Shown: positions 38,901 through 45,583, counted from the stretch's first letter. The stretch is DNA of 58,711 nucleotides from Alphaproteobacteria bacterium (GCA_035626895.1 DASPMU010000108.1:1-58711), one strand, 5' to 3'. Numbers and translations: made by a program. The notes: generated by a model not told the origin, from the sequence alone.

Positions 38901-41077
38901 GGAGAGGATATTTTAAGGTCGAAAGTATCCTCTGATCCTGTAAGATTAGTCAATAATATTTGGTATTTTGAATACATAGATACATTGTGGAACTTGGCAA
39001 TTGAAATATTGCTGCCTCTTTCATATACATCAATGACTGATATTTCTGAATTGTCAAATGAATTTGCATATATTGTGATATCATTATGAGACTGAAGATC
39101 TCTTTCGAACGTAACTCTCAAGTATTGTCCATCCGTCACATTTGCAAATTTCAAGTCTGTGTCATTGACTATTTCATAGACATTCTCTAGGAAATTTCTG
39201 TCTGAGTCAAGTATCATTGCGTCTGTTATGACAATTATTTCGAATGTCTGGTTGCTTAAGTGAGGAGCCGTCCATTCTATTAAATCATACAATGAATTGC
39301 CGTCAGTATCATATAGATTGAATTCTAGAGTTTTGTATACTATTTCTCCATCAGATAATTTTTCCATGTCTTCAGAATTTAATGTATTGAATCCATCTTC
39401 CTGCGACGCATCAGTAATTTTCCATCGTAAAATAATATCCTCATAATCTGAAACCTCCTGAGGCAGGCTAGAAGTTGCAGTAACGTCAACATAATGCATA
39501 TCAGAAGATAATTTGACTTGTTTTGTTGTGTCTTCTATTATTTCTTCAGAGATTTCAGGAGCTTCTGTATAATATTCTATCTCAATATAATCAGTCGGTT
39601 CATTGATAGTCAATATTTTATCTTCACCAGATATTGTTTCAATAATTGTCGAGCTAAAGTCTTCAGAGACTGCTGCTATTTGTAATCCTGAATCCTTGTC
39701 AGGCTTTTTGCTCTCTGATTTTTCTGTTTTATCATTTGATTTTTTGTATAATTCTTTCTTGCCCAAGCCTTCTCCATCTATTTCAGATACAGATATATTT
39801 GTAGAATCGGCAGGTATATCAAGAGAGATTCCAGTAATATTTTCATTGGATTTTATCCTCTTGACCCATTTGACAGGCTTTCCTACTGTTGCAGGATATT
39901 GCAATAGTTCAACGCTTACTGTAGTGTTAGAAACGTTGCTTGCGTTGATCGATATATTTATTGTCTCATTGAATATTTCTGTAGCATTGGTTTCATTGAG
40001 TATTTCATTTATTATTATCTCAGTTATGTTTATTGTTGCGTTTGTTTCGTTCAGTACAGGTTCAATTATTTCAGGCAATATCTCTTCCGGAATTATTTCT
40101 TCTAGTTCAGGGACTTTTTCTGCAATATATTCTACTGACTCTATGAATAATTCCGATCCATCGGATAACTCTACAATCAGCCTGTAATTAGATGAGTCCG
40201 AAACAGGAACATTAATGCTGCAAGAATCAGCGCATAAATCTTGGATGTAAGTATATTGTACTTGCTCTTCGATAATCTCTTCTTCGGCAGTCTCTTCTAT
40301 AATATCTTCAACAACTGTTTCATCTATAGTTTCATCCGTTGTTTCATGCATAATTTCAACAGGCTCTTCAAGAACATCAATAGTTTCTTCAGGTTGTTCG
40401 ATTTCTGATTCTGTCGACTCAGATTCTTCAATCGATGGTTCAACAGATTCTTCGGCGAGAACATCTTCATCTGATGACTCCTCGATGACTTCTTCGGTTG
40501 GTTCTTCAATTACATCCTGAGATGTTTCATCTGTTTCTTCAATTATCGATTCAATTACCGGTTCAATTGCTTCTGCCTCCGTAGATTCAGTGTTAAGAGG
40601 CTCCGCATCCGATTCGCCAGCCGACGATTCCGTTAATTCAGATTCATCTAATTCCAATATATCCATTCCGGTAATTGATGACAAGCCGCCTGATAAATCT
40701 GATTCGTCAATCAAGCTGCTATCTGCAACAAGTATTCTTTCTGTTCCTTCGCCAGAGTCAATCCAGATTTTGAATTCTCCAGAGTAACGGCCGTTTATTT
40801 TCACAGAAAGTATATTCGAGTATTGTTCTGTTGAAATTATTTCCTGCAGGGCAAGATCTTTTATCGTATTTTCAGTGTATATTTCTGCAATGTAAGATTC
40901 TACTGTTTCTGATTTATCATCAGATATCAGAAGGCCTGTTATCTTTGAAATTCCATCGCTGAAATCAGGCTTTACAACTAATATGAATAAGGATAACATT
41001 AATAGTACTGTTGCAACTAAAAGCAGCTTAGACTTCCAGTCTTTTTCTTTGTTTATTTTGTTATCTTGGTCGTACAT
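29906..41077 (-). CDS. Giant (3723 aa) cell-surface protein with right-handed parallel beta-helix (PbH1/NosD-like) repeats
   Basis: Single uninterrupted 11,172-nt ORF. N-terminal signal anchor LLLVATVLLMLSLFILVV. Acidic E/I/S/T low-complexity region. Very dense N-x-S/T sequons. Recurring ~22-25-aa turns of the type NNNIT..A..GI.L..S.NN.I.NN. Macro-repeats and DSNxDGxxD loops. Confidence 0.85.
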   Translation of the reverse strand: MYDQDNKINKEKDWKSKLLLVATVLLMLSLFILVVKPDFSDGISKITGLLISDDKSETVESYIAEIYTENTIKDLALQEIISTEQYSNILSVKINGRYSGEFKIWIDSGEGTERILVADSSLIDESDLSGGLSSITGMDILELDESELTESSAGESDAEPLNTESTEAEAIEPVIESIIEETDETSQDVIEEPTEEVIEESSDEDVLAEESVEPSIEESESTESEIEQPEETIDVLEEPVEIMHETTDETIDETVVEDIIEETAEEEIIEEQVQYTYIQDLCADSCSINVPVSDSSNYRLIVELSDGSELFIESVEYIAEKVPELEEIIPEEILPEIIEPVLNETNATINITEIIINEILNETNATEIFNETINISINASNVSNTTVSVELLQYPATVGKPVKWVKRIKSNENITGISLDIPADSTNISVSEIDGEGLGKKELYKKSNDKTEKSESKKPDKDSGLQIAAVSEDFSSTIIETISGEDKILTINEPTDYIEIEYYTEAPEISEEIIEDTTKQVKLSSDMHYVDVTATSSLPQEVSDYEDIILRWKITDASQEDGFNTLNSEDMEKLSDGEIVYKTLEFNLYDTDGNSLYDLIEWTAPHLSNQTFEIIVITDAMILDSDRNFLENVYEIVNDTDLKFANVTDGQYLRVTFERDLQSHNDITIYANSFDNSEISVIDVYERGSNISIAKFHNVSMYSKYQILLTNLTGSEDTFDLKISSPPNSGGISFDFVIDPFANLSSTIFQCGDITASGIYTFNQSITPNFIKCLNITAPDVTIDCNSNFIRNITFTGTAIFTNRSNLTVRNCNINISVATSGNGIVLANSNNSLIINNNITARFAIGISNTSFSNFTGNRLLSGLGLSSIALVTGNSNNFSNNYMNASTTSSNVVINGSNNNFYNNTVVRGLNGITVITTNTGANNRIYNNNVQIASRHGIVINNSVNNTVFSNYISAATAYGIYVYNTSGNIIYDNVINNSVRYNIYVDPSMDFQCNQNITNNTYGNVISVVQFYNSSVSLSNLDINYTIQLCNADDSVLSNITIRNTTSTRNTGLILTKTDRAVISEISTNAMYTGLRLEWNSTNNTIFDSKFNYSAGVGIHIGSGSSNNNFTSITLVANTLHGLNVTGFNNTFTLINSTYNTQNGVNINASNIYLDNVTSTYNNASGIVLTLNGNRLNNTYSSYNWQHGISITVPSSGNNISNSYILSNRRSGIYLDYTQNNTFINFFVYNNSNYTNSMSDIYLNRSSNRSVFISGLVNTTSSLNGIFVANRSQNVTFADMIITGNFTKGISIILGSNVTFLNVSYTNTGDNVSNNAQNINNSLIRKWRYTAYANYSNGTAIAGINISVYDRFGSLINLTTSSAGYAYTNITEYVNNGSLLNYYNNHTFNATNGSLVISTRHNSTNDLSIFDVFTYEVPGYMGIISNCTTIDIPGYYDVNQSITPIGDVCINVTAQNVVINCSGQSFTNTTFTGTVFQLNGFNDAVINCFVNISTNTSATGFIIQNANDSLIFNNTVTAYRGVGTSITSYSNISRNSMINLGGGYVAGTITGNNNTISDNYATGSSSGYNGVIISGDNNIIQYNNFSNASNALTISSGSSNVIRGNYLLKANLVFVMSSSRNMIYGNIVDNSSRVYSPSTTSACNNNFTNNTLGGGSGIIEYYNSSTVLANRTLHGLILCNADNSVISNITMMNYSAYRPNAIEAYELENATMTSINATENYRYTIYLSSVNTSRMSNIVGVGFQNGLYVAGSDYNNFDNISIIQSRGSCIIVVQSSNYNNFTNIFAHDCLNGMSFSSAKNTTVINVTTYNNEQYGVLFTDRSSRNTLTGFTTYNNSEFGLFISDSNNINITSSYIHESMLAGIVIENSTNIIVTNFTSINNSNKTNYRGDVYLNRSANAITLSGGFINSSNAYAIFIDSSYNTSLIDINVSGNATVGLTVLSGYNITNVTLINVSYLTENITGTSISAYKLWHYIGHTNLTSGFPLDGANISIYNRLGSLINLTTNAQGYAYVNLTEYTHNGSLYTHYTNHTFNATNGSEVISREHNITVENNMFEFFTYISEPYLPIYECMNISSPGIYDVNQTIIPAGNVCINITSQNVTLRCNQNTILGTSFTGVAIRMGASNITVKDCIINVSTSSGTAIGLVNSNYSSVLNNNISAAYGIGSSIAWFTNISGNNMTVSQYGSTSLNGSNNSIRHNLIRGSTYGIAISGNRTNIANNMIDADSASVILREGSLNNTVENNNASSPTIFIYFLAGNSASTNNYVYNNTIIDASRIVYAPNAAACDNIVINNSIGDGISYIEFYNYSVTIANRSMYGLILCDADGSRITNVTFMNASGYSPSPLETYHVISANISGLNVTLSTGEGFYANLDNSRVSNVVSRGLSLTSSGTDFNNMTIRDTFFACIGGSFADDNNFTNINLRNCSSGIELYDSSRNRFVNISSQYNLYSGILLRTTSSDTVLINVSVNNNLWHGVYIEDSTGSNITALNSFNNYMSGLAFVNSSRSNVINYTSINNSNKSKIHADIYFNNSDNIYLAGGFINSSNAYAVLLNSSSNISFVDLNISGNSTRDITAYESSNITLINATYSTENITSSSLYRKWKYAAYSNYTIGTPASGIVISVYDYQSSVINLTTASTGYAYSNVSEYFNNGTIVSYYNNYTFNATNGSAIISFRYNLSSTMNMFDIFTFNTSPGCVNVTSSGASLFLDRDINSTDRTCINVFADNVMINCSGRSINGTNYAAASGIYSNSKNTTVVNCTITNFMHGIYFNGTDNSTIRSSNITASNNSAVGIMLENDANNTIISDNKVLTTGESSDAIYLNSGSDLNIITRNQINTTGQSSIGIYVLGSNHNNLTANRIKTDSTSASTIYLFLNSNNNYIAYNNLTAPGVVSYGVSIGSSSNNNFLFQNNIHTAYPGVIISSVANNTISQNNINTTNDGISLFSSINNNITSNSINSTGSSGYGISLSSSSHNNTIYQNTLKSTMAHIQIISSINNTFYYNNFTGGGPWINDSNGTNQFNITVGGVAQGNYYVNITDYEIYDSNLDGWADTGSQYPLNRSTNSSKWLNFGEDFGPQTTSQIVSCQNITTSNIIVNLSANIASTNSTCLNVFAHNVTINCFGYSITGNNYSGASGIYSNSSNTTVLNCNINGFMYGIYYNNTNNGTIQNNNFTLMNNSALGIYLSNSDNNKIISNIISMNGSSSYALSLSSGSGRNNVSSNIMHSTKADAILIYISSSSNNKIINNTMNSSGADAYGIYFFVSANNNHVENNSIYTQGAAARIIYLLTSSGNNITRNTMLSDNINSYGIIANNADNNIFMDNNITTGGAGADAIGLTVGSTDNQITRNNLSVSGSASSLGISGGSNNNNISQNWLNTTSNTLVHISIFNSSNNTIYYNTIAGNGPWVNASNGTNQYNTTVGGYAQGNYYIDIENYDIYDSNSDGFGDTGSDYPLNQSTNSSKWLNQGTDFGPATTSIISSMINITNIVSVGSIDPLESSIKNVSFNFTVNQGAGNATIDVSSAKVIVNNSGVFRQSADASCTGTPINSTAQNISCVVGMYYYDQAGAWSVNISIMDNNNNYTQDISTSFTYNTLYAISLNTALLNTGSLTAGSNNSFAGELILNNTGNFQYTLVQLKAYDLANSTDRLLASNFRINSTNSSSGIVLINDTFINITSATLPRTTDSTYGNESIYLYLDVPLGTAARYYYSLSSWILSLS
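30640..32990 (-). repeat. Two ~390-aa type-B macro-repeats inside the giant gene (approximate borders)
   Basis: Units begin C(I/L)NVFA(D/H)NV(M/T)INC.G.SI.G.NY..ASGIYSNS and end GPW(I/V)N.SNGTNQ(F/Y)N.TVGG.AQGNYY ... YDSN.DG..DTGS.YPLN.STNSSKWLN. Equivalent Cys codons lie at about 32976 and about 31811. Confidence 0.7.
32991..38870 (-). repeat. Three ~630-680-aa type-A macro-repeats inside the giant gene (approximate borders)
   Basis: Each unit starts ..C..I..PG(I/Y)YDVNQ(S/T)I(T/I)P...CIN(I/V)T(A/S)QNV and ends with (R)KW.Y.(A/G).(S/T)N...G....G..IS(V/I)Y....S(L/V)INLTT...GYAY.N(I/L/V)(T/S)EY..NG......(Y/T)NHTFNATNGS. Equivalent Cys codons lie at about 38828, 36786 and 34854. Confidence 0.7.
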
Positions 41078-41669
41078 TGTTTGATTTAGATGTTTTATTA
41101 TCTGATTTAGCGCCTGATTTTTCGGACAATTTTTTCTGCGCTCTATTGCAAACTGTCCAGATTGTTCTTTGGTCCTTGCCGAGAAGTTTTGCTATTTCTG
41201 AATATGAGAAGTCCAAAGATTTGAAATGGACAGCAATAGATTCCAGGATGCTCAGATTATTTTCGAACGCGCTGAATGGTATTTTGTTAATATCAGAATC
41301 GACATAGTCATCAAAGAAAACTTTCATTTTTTTTGACGCGACATTATATGTTACTGCAAGAGTCTTAGAATTTCTGTACAGAAGCTTGCCTATTATATTA
41401 TAAGATAATTTTTTGTTTTCTCTAAGATATTTGACTATAGATTCAAGGCTTGAGAGTTTATCGTTTCTTAAAATAGAAATTGGAATTCCATCTGGAACTT
41501 TAGAAATAGAATCGGATTGAGCCAGTGCTGGATCAATTTTATTTTTTTCAAGCTGCGATAGTAACTCTTCTCTAGAAATAGAATATTTTTTCTCTAAGAG
41601 TTCGAAGAGTTCTTCGATTATTAATCCCCCAACTTTATTCAAGTCCTTTAGGGGTTTTCTTTCAGCCAT
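41061..41669 (-). CDS. Tandem helix-turn-helix protein (sigma-70 region 4 / LuxR-like HTH x2), putative regulator
   Basis: Two repeats: IPISILRNDKLSSLESIVKYLRENKKLSYNIIGKLLYRNSKTLAVTYNVASKKM and IPFSAFENNLSILESIAVHFKSLDFSYSEIAKLLGKDQRTIWTVCNRAQKKL. The 3' end overlaps the giant gene start by 17 nt. Confidence 0.5.
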   Translation of the reverse strand: MAERKPLKDLNKVGGLIIEELFELLEKKYSISREELLSQLEKNKIDPALAQSDSISKVPDGIPISILRNDKLSSLESIVKYLRENKKLSYNIIGKLLYRNSKTLAVTYNVASKKMKVFFDDYVDSDINKIPFSAFENNLSILESIAVHFKSLDFSYSEIAKLLGKDQRTIWTVCNRAQKKLSEKSGAKSDNKTSKSNNVRPR

Positions 41670-41864
41670 TATCTAGAACAGTAATATTTTCACAAACTAA
41701 CAGAATATTATATATTATGTAAGTAAAATTAAACATACAAATATCTAAATCAAATTCCATATATTTACTTTGTAAGTATTATTTTAAAACTTTGTGTTTA
41801 GATGAAAGCAAAAATATATAAATAAGTTATACTAGTATACATAAATATATATTGATGTGAGCTC

Positions 41865-42719
41865 ATGGTTAAAGAATCGAATAATTCAAAAGTAATACTG
41901 ACAGCCATAGCTGTGTTCATAGTTATGCTCTCAATTTCGATATTTCCTTCTATATATAGTGCATTTGCAGCGCCAGGAAACACTACAGCGTTCAACGTTA
42001 CTGCAACAATCAACAGCGGTTCCCCATCAATAACATCAGTAGAAAGTTTTTCAGACAGCCCAAACGAAGGAACCACTAAAACTATTGTAGCATATTTCAA
42101 CGCGTCACATCCTAACGGAGTCGCAAACATTCCTGCATCAAATGCAATGGTCAAGATAAACCAATCAGGAGTAGTCTTAAACAGCACAGCATGTCAAGTC
42201 AACGCAACAGACAGTATTACAGTAAATAAATTCGCATGTAATATCACATTGAACTATTACAATCTTCCAGGAGTATGGACAATAAACGCCACAATAGTTG
42301 ATCTTGCAGGAAACTCATTGTCAAACATAACAGCATATTATACTAACGGCAACACTTACGGTATTTCAATAAAGACAACTAGCATTGCATTCGCAGGAAC
42401 TCCAGGTTCAACTGTTGGAGCAACAAACAATCCTCAGTATGTTAACAATACTGGAAACGTAGCCTATACTGAAATGAACTTGACAGCATACGATCTGCTT
42501 GCAGGATCTAACAGAATTGCAGCACAGAACTTCACGGCAAACGTCACTGATGGATCAGGCGCTGGACAAACACTAATCAACGCAACTCCAGTCAGAATCA
42601 ACGCATCAAGCCTGTCCGTCTTGGGCCAGAGAAACTTATACCTATACTTGAATATCCCAGCAGGAGCTTCAAACGGAACTTATAGCTCAGTATCATCATG
42701 GATTGTAACATTGAGTTAA
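41865..42719 (+). CDS. Secreted paralog of the giant protein's C-terminal ~250-aa module
   Basis: Signal peptide ...IFPSIYSAFA/AP. Colinear with giant residues about 3477-3723, for example NLTAYDLLAGSNRIAAQNF vs QLKAYDLANSTDRLLASNF. Both end YLYL(N/D)(I/V)P.G......Y.S(V/L)SSWI(V/L)(T/S)LS-stop. Confidence 0.6.
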   Translation: MVKESNNSKVILTAIAVFIVMLSISIFPSIYSAFAAPGNTTAFNVTATINSGSPSITSVESFSDSPNEGTTKTIVAYFNASHPNGVANIPASNAMVKINQSGVVLNSTACQVNATDSITVNKFACNITLNYYNLPGVWTINATIVDLAGNSLSNITAYYTNGNTYGISIKTTSIAFAGTPGSTVGATNNPQYVNNTGNVAYTEMNLTAYDLLAGSNRIAAQNFTANVTDGSGAGQTLINATPVRINASSLSVLGQRNLYLYLNIPAGASNGTYSSVSSWIVTLS

Positions 42720-42758
42720 GTCTAGTTTATTTTTCTTTATGATTTTAAGTCTGATAAG

Positions 42759-42867
42759 GCACATTGCCGGCGCTCGTACAGATTCTTTAATTGTTTTCCG
42801 CCTACGAGTCTAGACGCATAGGATTTATATTTCGAGAACTCGCCAGGCGGCAATGCTGCTGGAGTAG
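42759..42867 (+). repeat. Hairpin-ended intergenic element, short copy
   Basis: GCACATTGCCGGCGCTCG ... TTTCCGCCTACGAGTCTAGACGCA ... TCGAGAACTCGCCAGGCGGCAATGCTGCTGGAGTAG, 40 nt after the stop of 41865-42719. Confidence 0.85.
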
Positions 42868-42903
42868 AAGAAGTATAACGAATAGATCAATCTTTCCGAA
42901 AGG

Positions 42904-42911
42904 TTTATAAG
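42904..42911 (+). promoter_or_regulatory. TATA box (leaderless arrangement) for 42935 gene
   Basis: TTTATAAG ends 23 nt before the ATG. Confidence 0.45.
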
Positions 42912-42934
42912 AAGAAATACCAGTTTTGTACTAG

Positions 42935-43744
42935 ATGTATTCATACATTGTGAAGAGAGGTGTGTTAGTAGTAGTTGTGTTCTTATTAGCTATTAGTTTC
43001 GTGCATGCTTTTGGTGTTTCAGCTCCGTACATTGAAGATAATACATTGAAAGTCAATTCAGGAAAAGTTCATAGTTATACGATAACTGTGCAGAACGGTG
43101 ATGAACAGGACTATTACGTCCAGATAAATCATTCGCACAAAGAAATAATTTCGATGGACGAATCTCTCAAATATGTTCCATCAAAGAGCTATAATACAAC
43201 ATTTACTTTCCTTGTGTCGATTCCTCAGGAAATACCTGCAGGAACAGAGTATAATATAGAATATACTGCAAGACCTGTAATGAACCAGTCCGATGCTGTA
43301 AGTATAGGCGTTGAGATAAAGAGAAACTTGAAAGTAATCGTGACTGACGCAGAAGGAAACATTCCTGTTGCAGACAGAAAGCCACTCATAAATATCAGTA
43401 ATAAGGGTGTTTTCAAGAGTATACTTAAGTATGCAGTAATACTTGCTTCGCTTGTGATTGCAGGATTTGTTGTTTACAGGCTTTGGACTGTATCTAAGGG
43501 AATTTCAGAAAAGATAAATAATAAAAAATCAAATTACACGTTAAGAGAATCAAGAAATATCCATCAATTGCATGATCTAATAAAGAAGATGTCTGATGAA
43601 GAATTTAATCTTCCGATTGTAAAACACATAATAAAGGATAAGCTTACTGAGTTCAATGAGCATCATGCAGCGCATAAAGTTATTCATGCTGAAAGATCAG
43701 ATATGATCAAAGATCTGGAGAATATAAAACAATTCCATAAATAA
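42935..43744 (+). CDS. Single-pass membrane protein with beta-rich ectodomain
   Basis: Signal peptide VVVVFLLAISFVHA, a beta-sandwich-like ectodomain, TM AVILASLVIAGFVVY, and a charged cytoplasmic tail. Confidence 0.4.
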   Translation: MYSYIVKRGVLVVVVFLLAISFVHAFGVSAPYIEDNTLKVNSGKVHSYTITVQNGDEQDYYVQINHSHKEIISMDESLKYVPSKSYNTTFTFLVSIPQEIPAGTEYNIEYTARPVMNQSDAVSIGVEIKRNLKVIVTDAEGNIPVADRKPLINISNKGVFKSILKYAVILASLVIAGFVVYRLWTVSKGISEKINNKKSNYTLRESRNIHQLHDLIKKMSDEEFNLPIVKHIIKDKLTEFNEHHAAHKVIHAERSDMIKDLENIKQFHK

Positions 43745-43750
43745 AGAGTT

Positions 43751-45583
43751 ATGAGCAAACTAAACCAAAAAAAGGATAATGCAAATCTTGTTTTGCTAGT
43801 TGCAATTCTATTAATTTCAATTCCGCAATCTAATGCTGCAACATTTGACGTTGGAGCGAGTATTTGCGCGCCTTTCTGGTTTTGCACCGGCTGGAGCGAG
43901 GGAGATTGCGGCACAAGAACTTGCATGGACTCAAATAGTTGCGGAACTAACTTTGGAAAACCTTCAGAATTCTTAGAATGCGACCAAGGCGGAGGAGGAG
44001 GTTCTGGCGGATCTAGTTCGAGCGGGACGGGAGGAATATGGACGAGTCTTCCTGACGGATACTTCACGCTGAACTATGACAATATTAGAGTGAGCGTGCA
44101 CCAAGATCAGATAACACAAAAAATAATCATAGTAAACAGTTCAACTCCGCAAGATTATGTACTTGAAATAATATATCCTTCTTCATACACTAAAGGGACA
44201 GAATTCTTGACCACAACATCAGCAAATAAAAGAATTGATGGAATCGGAGACTTCAACATAATAATAGATACGAGAAATATAGTCATTGGAACATACGTCA
44301 TACCGATAAAAGTATCAAATGGAAAGTACACTAAAGAAATAAGCATTAGTATAGATGTTCTTCCGGAAAAGAATGCTATAACTGATGTGTTGATTGATTC
44401 TAAATTAAAAACACTCGGAGTAGATAAAGAATTCCAAGTCCTGATAGAAACCAAGGGAAATGATATTGTCCTAGGAGACAAAATAACATATTCTATAATA
44501 GATCCTAAAGGAAATACCATCCTGGTTTTTGAAAGCGAAATATATGATCCGAAAGAAATAAAAGATGCTATAAAGATGCCCCTTGACATAACTGAAGGAT
44601 ATTATACATTAAATGTCCGGATCTCATCTGAAAGCGGGGAATATACTAAAAGTACTCAGTTTACAGTCCTTGAGCCAGAGAAATATTATCCAGTAATGCA
44701 ACAACCAAGAAGTTTCGACCTGATTAACTGGATTATTGGAGGACTTGTAATAGTATTGCTTATAGCAGTAGTAATCCGAAATACAATATTAAGCAAATCT
44801 ATAGAAGCAAGAAGATTCAGAAGCGAATTGAGATGGAGAAAAGAGAATATGAAGACGAAATTTATTGATTTAAGGATAAAGGAAAAAATAGACAGGATGG
44901 CAAAAATTTTCATGAAAAAAGACAAGACAGATGTCAATAAAAAGGCTGAACTGTTGAAACAAAGTTATGAAAAAGGATACATTTCGTTAAAAGAATACAA
45001 CAATGCATTAGATTCTGAAGGATATCACGTCGGACAATATGCCGGCACTGCAAGCAAGGCAATCGCAAAAGAGCTAAAAGAAGAAGAAAAAATGAAGGCA
45101 GAACTTGCTGCAGAGAAGAAAAAAGAAATTGAAGAATTGAAAAAGGCAGAGAAAAAATTAAAAGAGCAAGTCCTCGAGCACGAAAAAGAAAAGAAGTACG
45201 AAGAAAAGGAAAAGGCCTGGGAAGAAAAGCAAGAGCGAAAAGCAGAAGGAAAGGAAGAGAAAAAAGAAAAAGAGCCTAAAGAAGAAAAATTCGAAGAAAA
45301 ACCATTACTGAAATATGAAGTTCCGAAAGATAGCATCCTTGACAAGACTACAACAGCCCACGCATTCGTAACGCAAGACGGCGTGAAGCTTCATAGCGTA
45401 AGAGATTTGCTTCTTGCGTTAGACGCTATGCCTGACTGGGTATTCCATCATCATACAGGCCAGGGAAGAAACGATTTCGCAACCTGGGTCGGAGATGTAT
45501 TCAGATACTTAGATGTTGCTGAGGATATAAAGAGAGCAAGATCCAAGGAAGAAATGATCAAGGCTTTGAAAGCATATAATTAA
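43751..45583 (+). CDS. Single-pass membrane protein: Cys-rich N-terminal knot, Gly/Ser linker, Ig-like ectodomain, K/E-rich coiled coil
   Basis: CAPFWFCTGWSEGDCGTRTCMDSNSCGTNFG..EC, GGGGGSGGSSSSGTGG, TM LINWIIGGLVIVLLIAVVI, EEKMKAELAAEKKKEIEELKKAEKKLKEQ..., and a conserved-looking C-terminal ~70 aa. Starts 6 nt after the upstream stop. Confidence 0.4.
   Translation: MSKLNQKKDNANLVLLVAILLISIPQSNAATFDVGASICAPFWFCTGWSEGDCGTRTCMDSNSCGTNFGKPSEFLECDQGGGGGSGGSSSSGTGGIWTSLPDGYFTLNYDNIRVSVHQDQITQKIIIVNSSTPQDYVLEIIYPSSYTKGTEFLTTTSANKRIDGIGDFNIIIDTRNIVIGTYVIPIKVSNGKYTKEISISIDVLPEKNAITDVLIDSKLKTLGVDKEFQVLIETKGNDIVLGDKITYSIIDPKGNTILVFESEIYDPKEIKDAIKMPLDITEGYYTLNVRISSESGEYTKSTQFTVLEPEKYYPVMQQPRSFDLINWIIGGLVIVLLIAVVIRNTILSKSIEARRFRSELRWRKENMKTKFIDLRIKEKIDRMAKIFMKKDKTDVNKKAELLKQSYEKGYISLKEYNNALDSEGYHVGQYAGTASKAIAKELKEEEKMKAELAAEKKKEIEELKKAEKKLKEQVLEHEKEKKYEEKEKAWEEKQERKAEGKEEKKEKEPKEEKFEEKPLLKYEVPKDSILDKTTTAHAFVTQDGVKLHSVRDLLLALDAMPDWVFHHHTGQGRNDFATWVGDVFRYLDVAEDIKRARSKEEMIKALKAYN

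Noticed and set aside
29997-40787. About 25 plus-strand ORFs (60-194 aa) inside the giant gene region
   Set aside because: All lie antisense to one uninterrupted 11,172-nt minus-strand ORF whose product has coherent repeat architecture. Their translations are low-complexity mirror products, so I treat them as artefacts.
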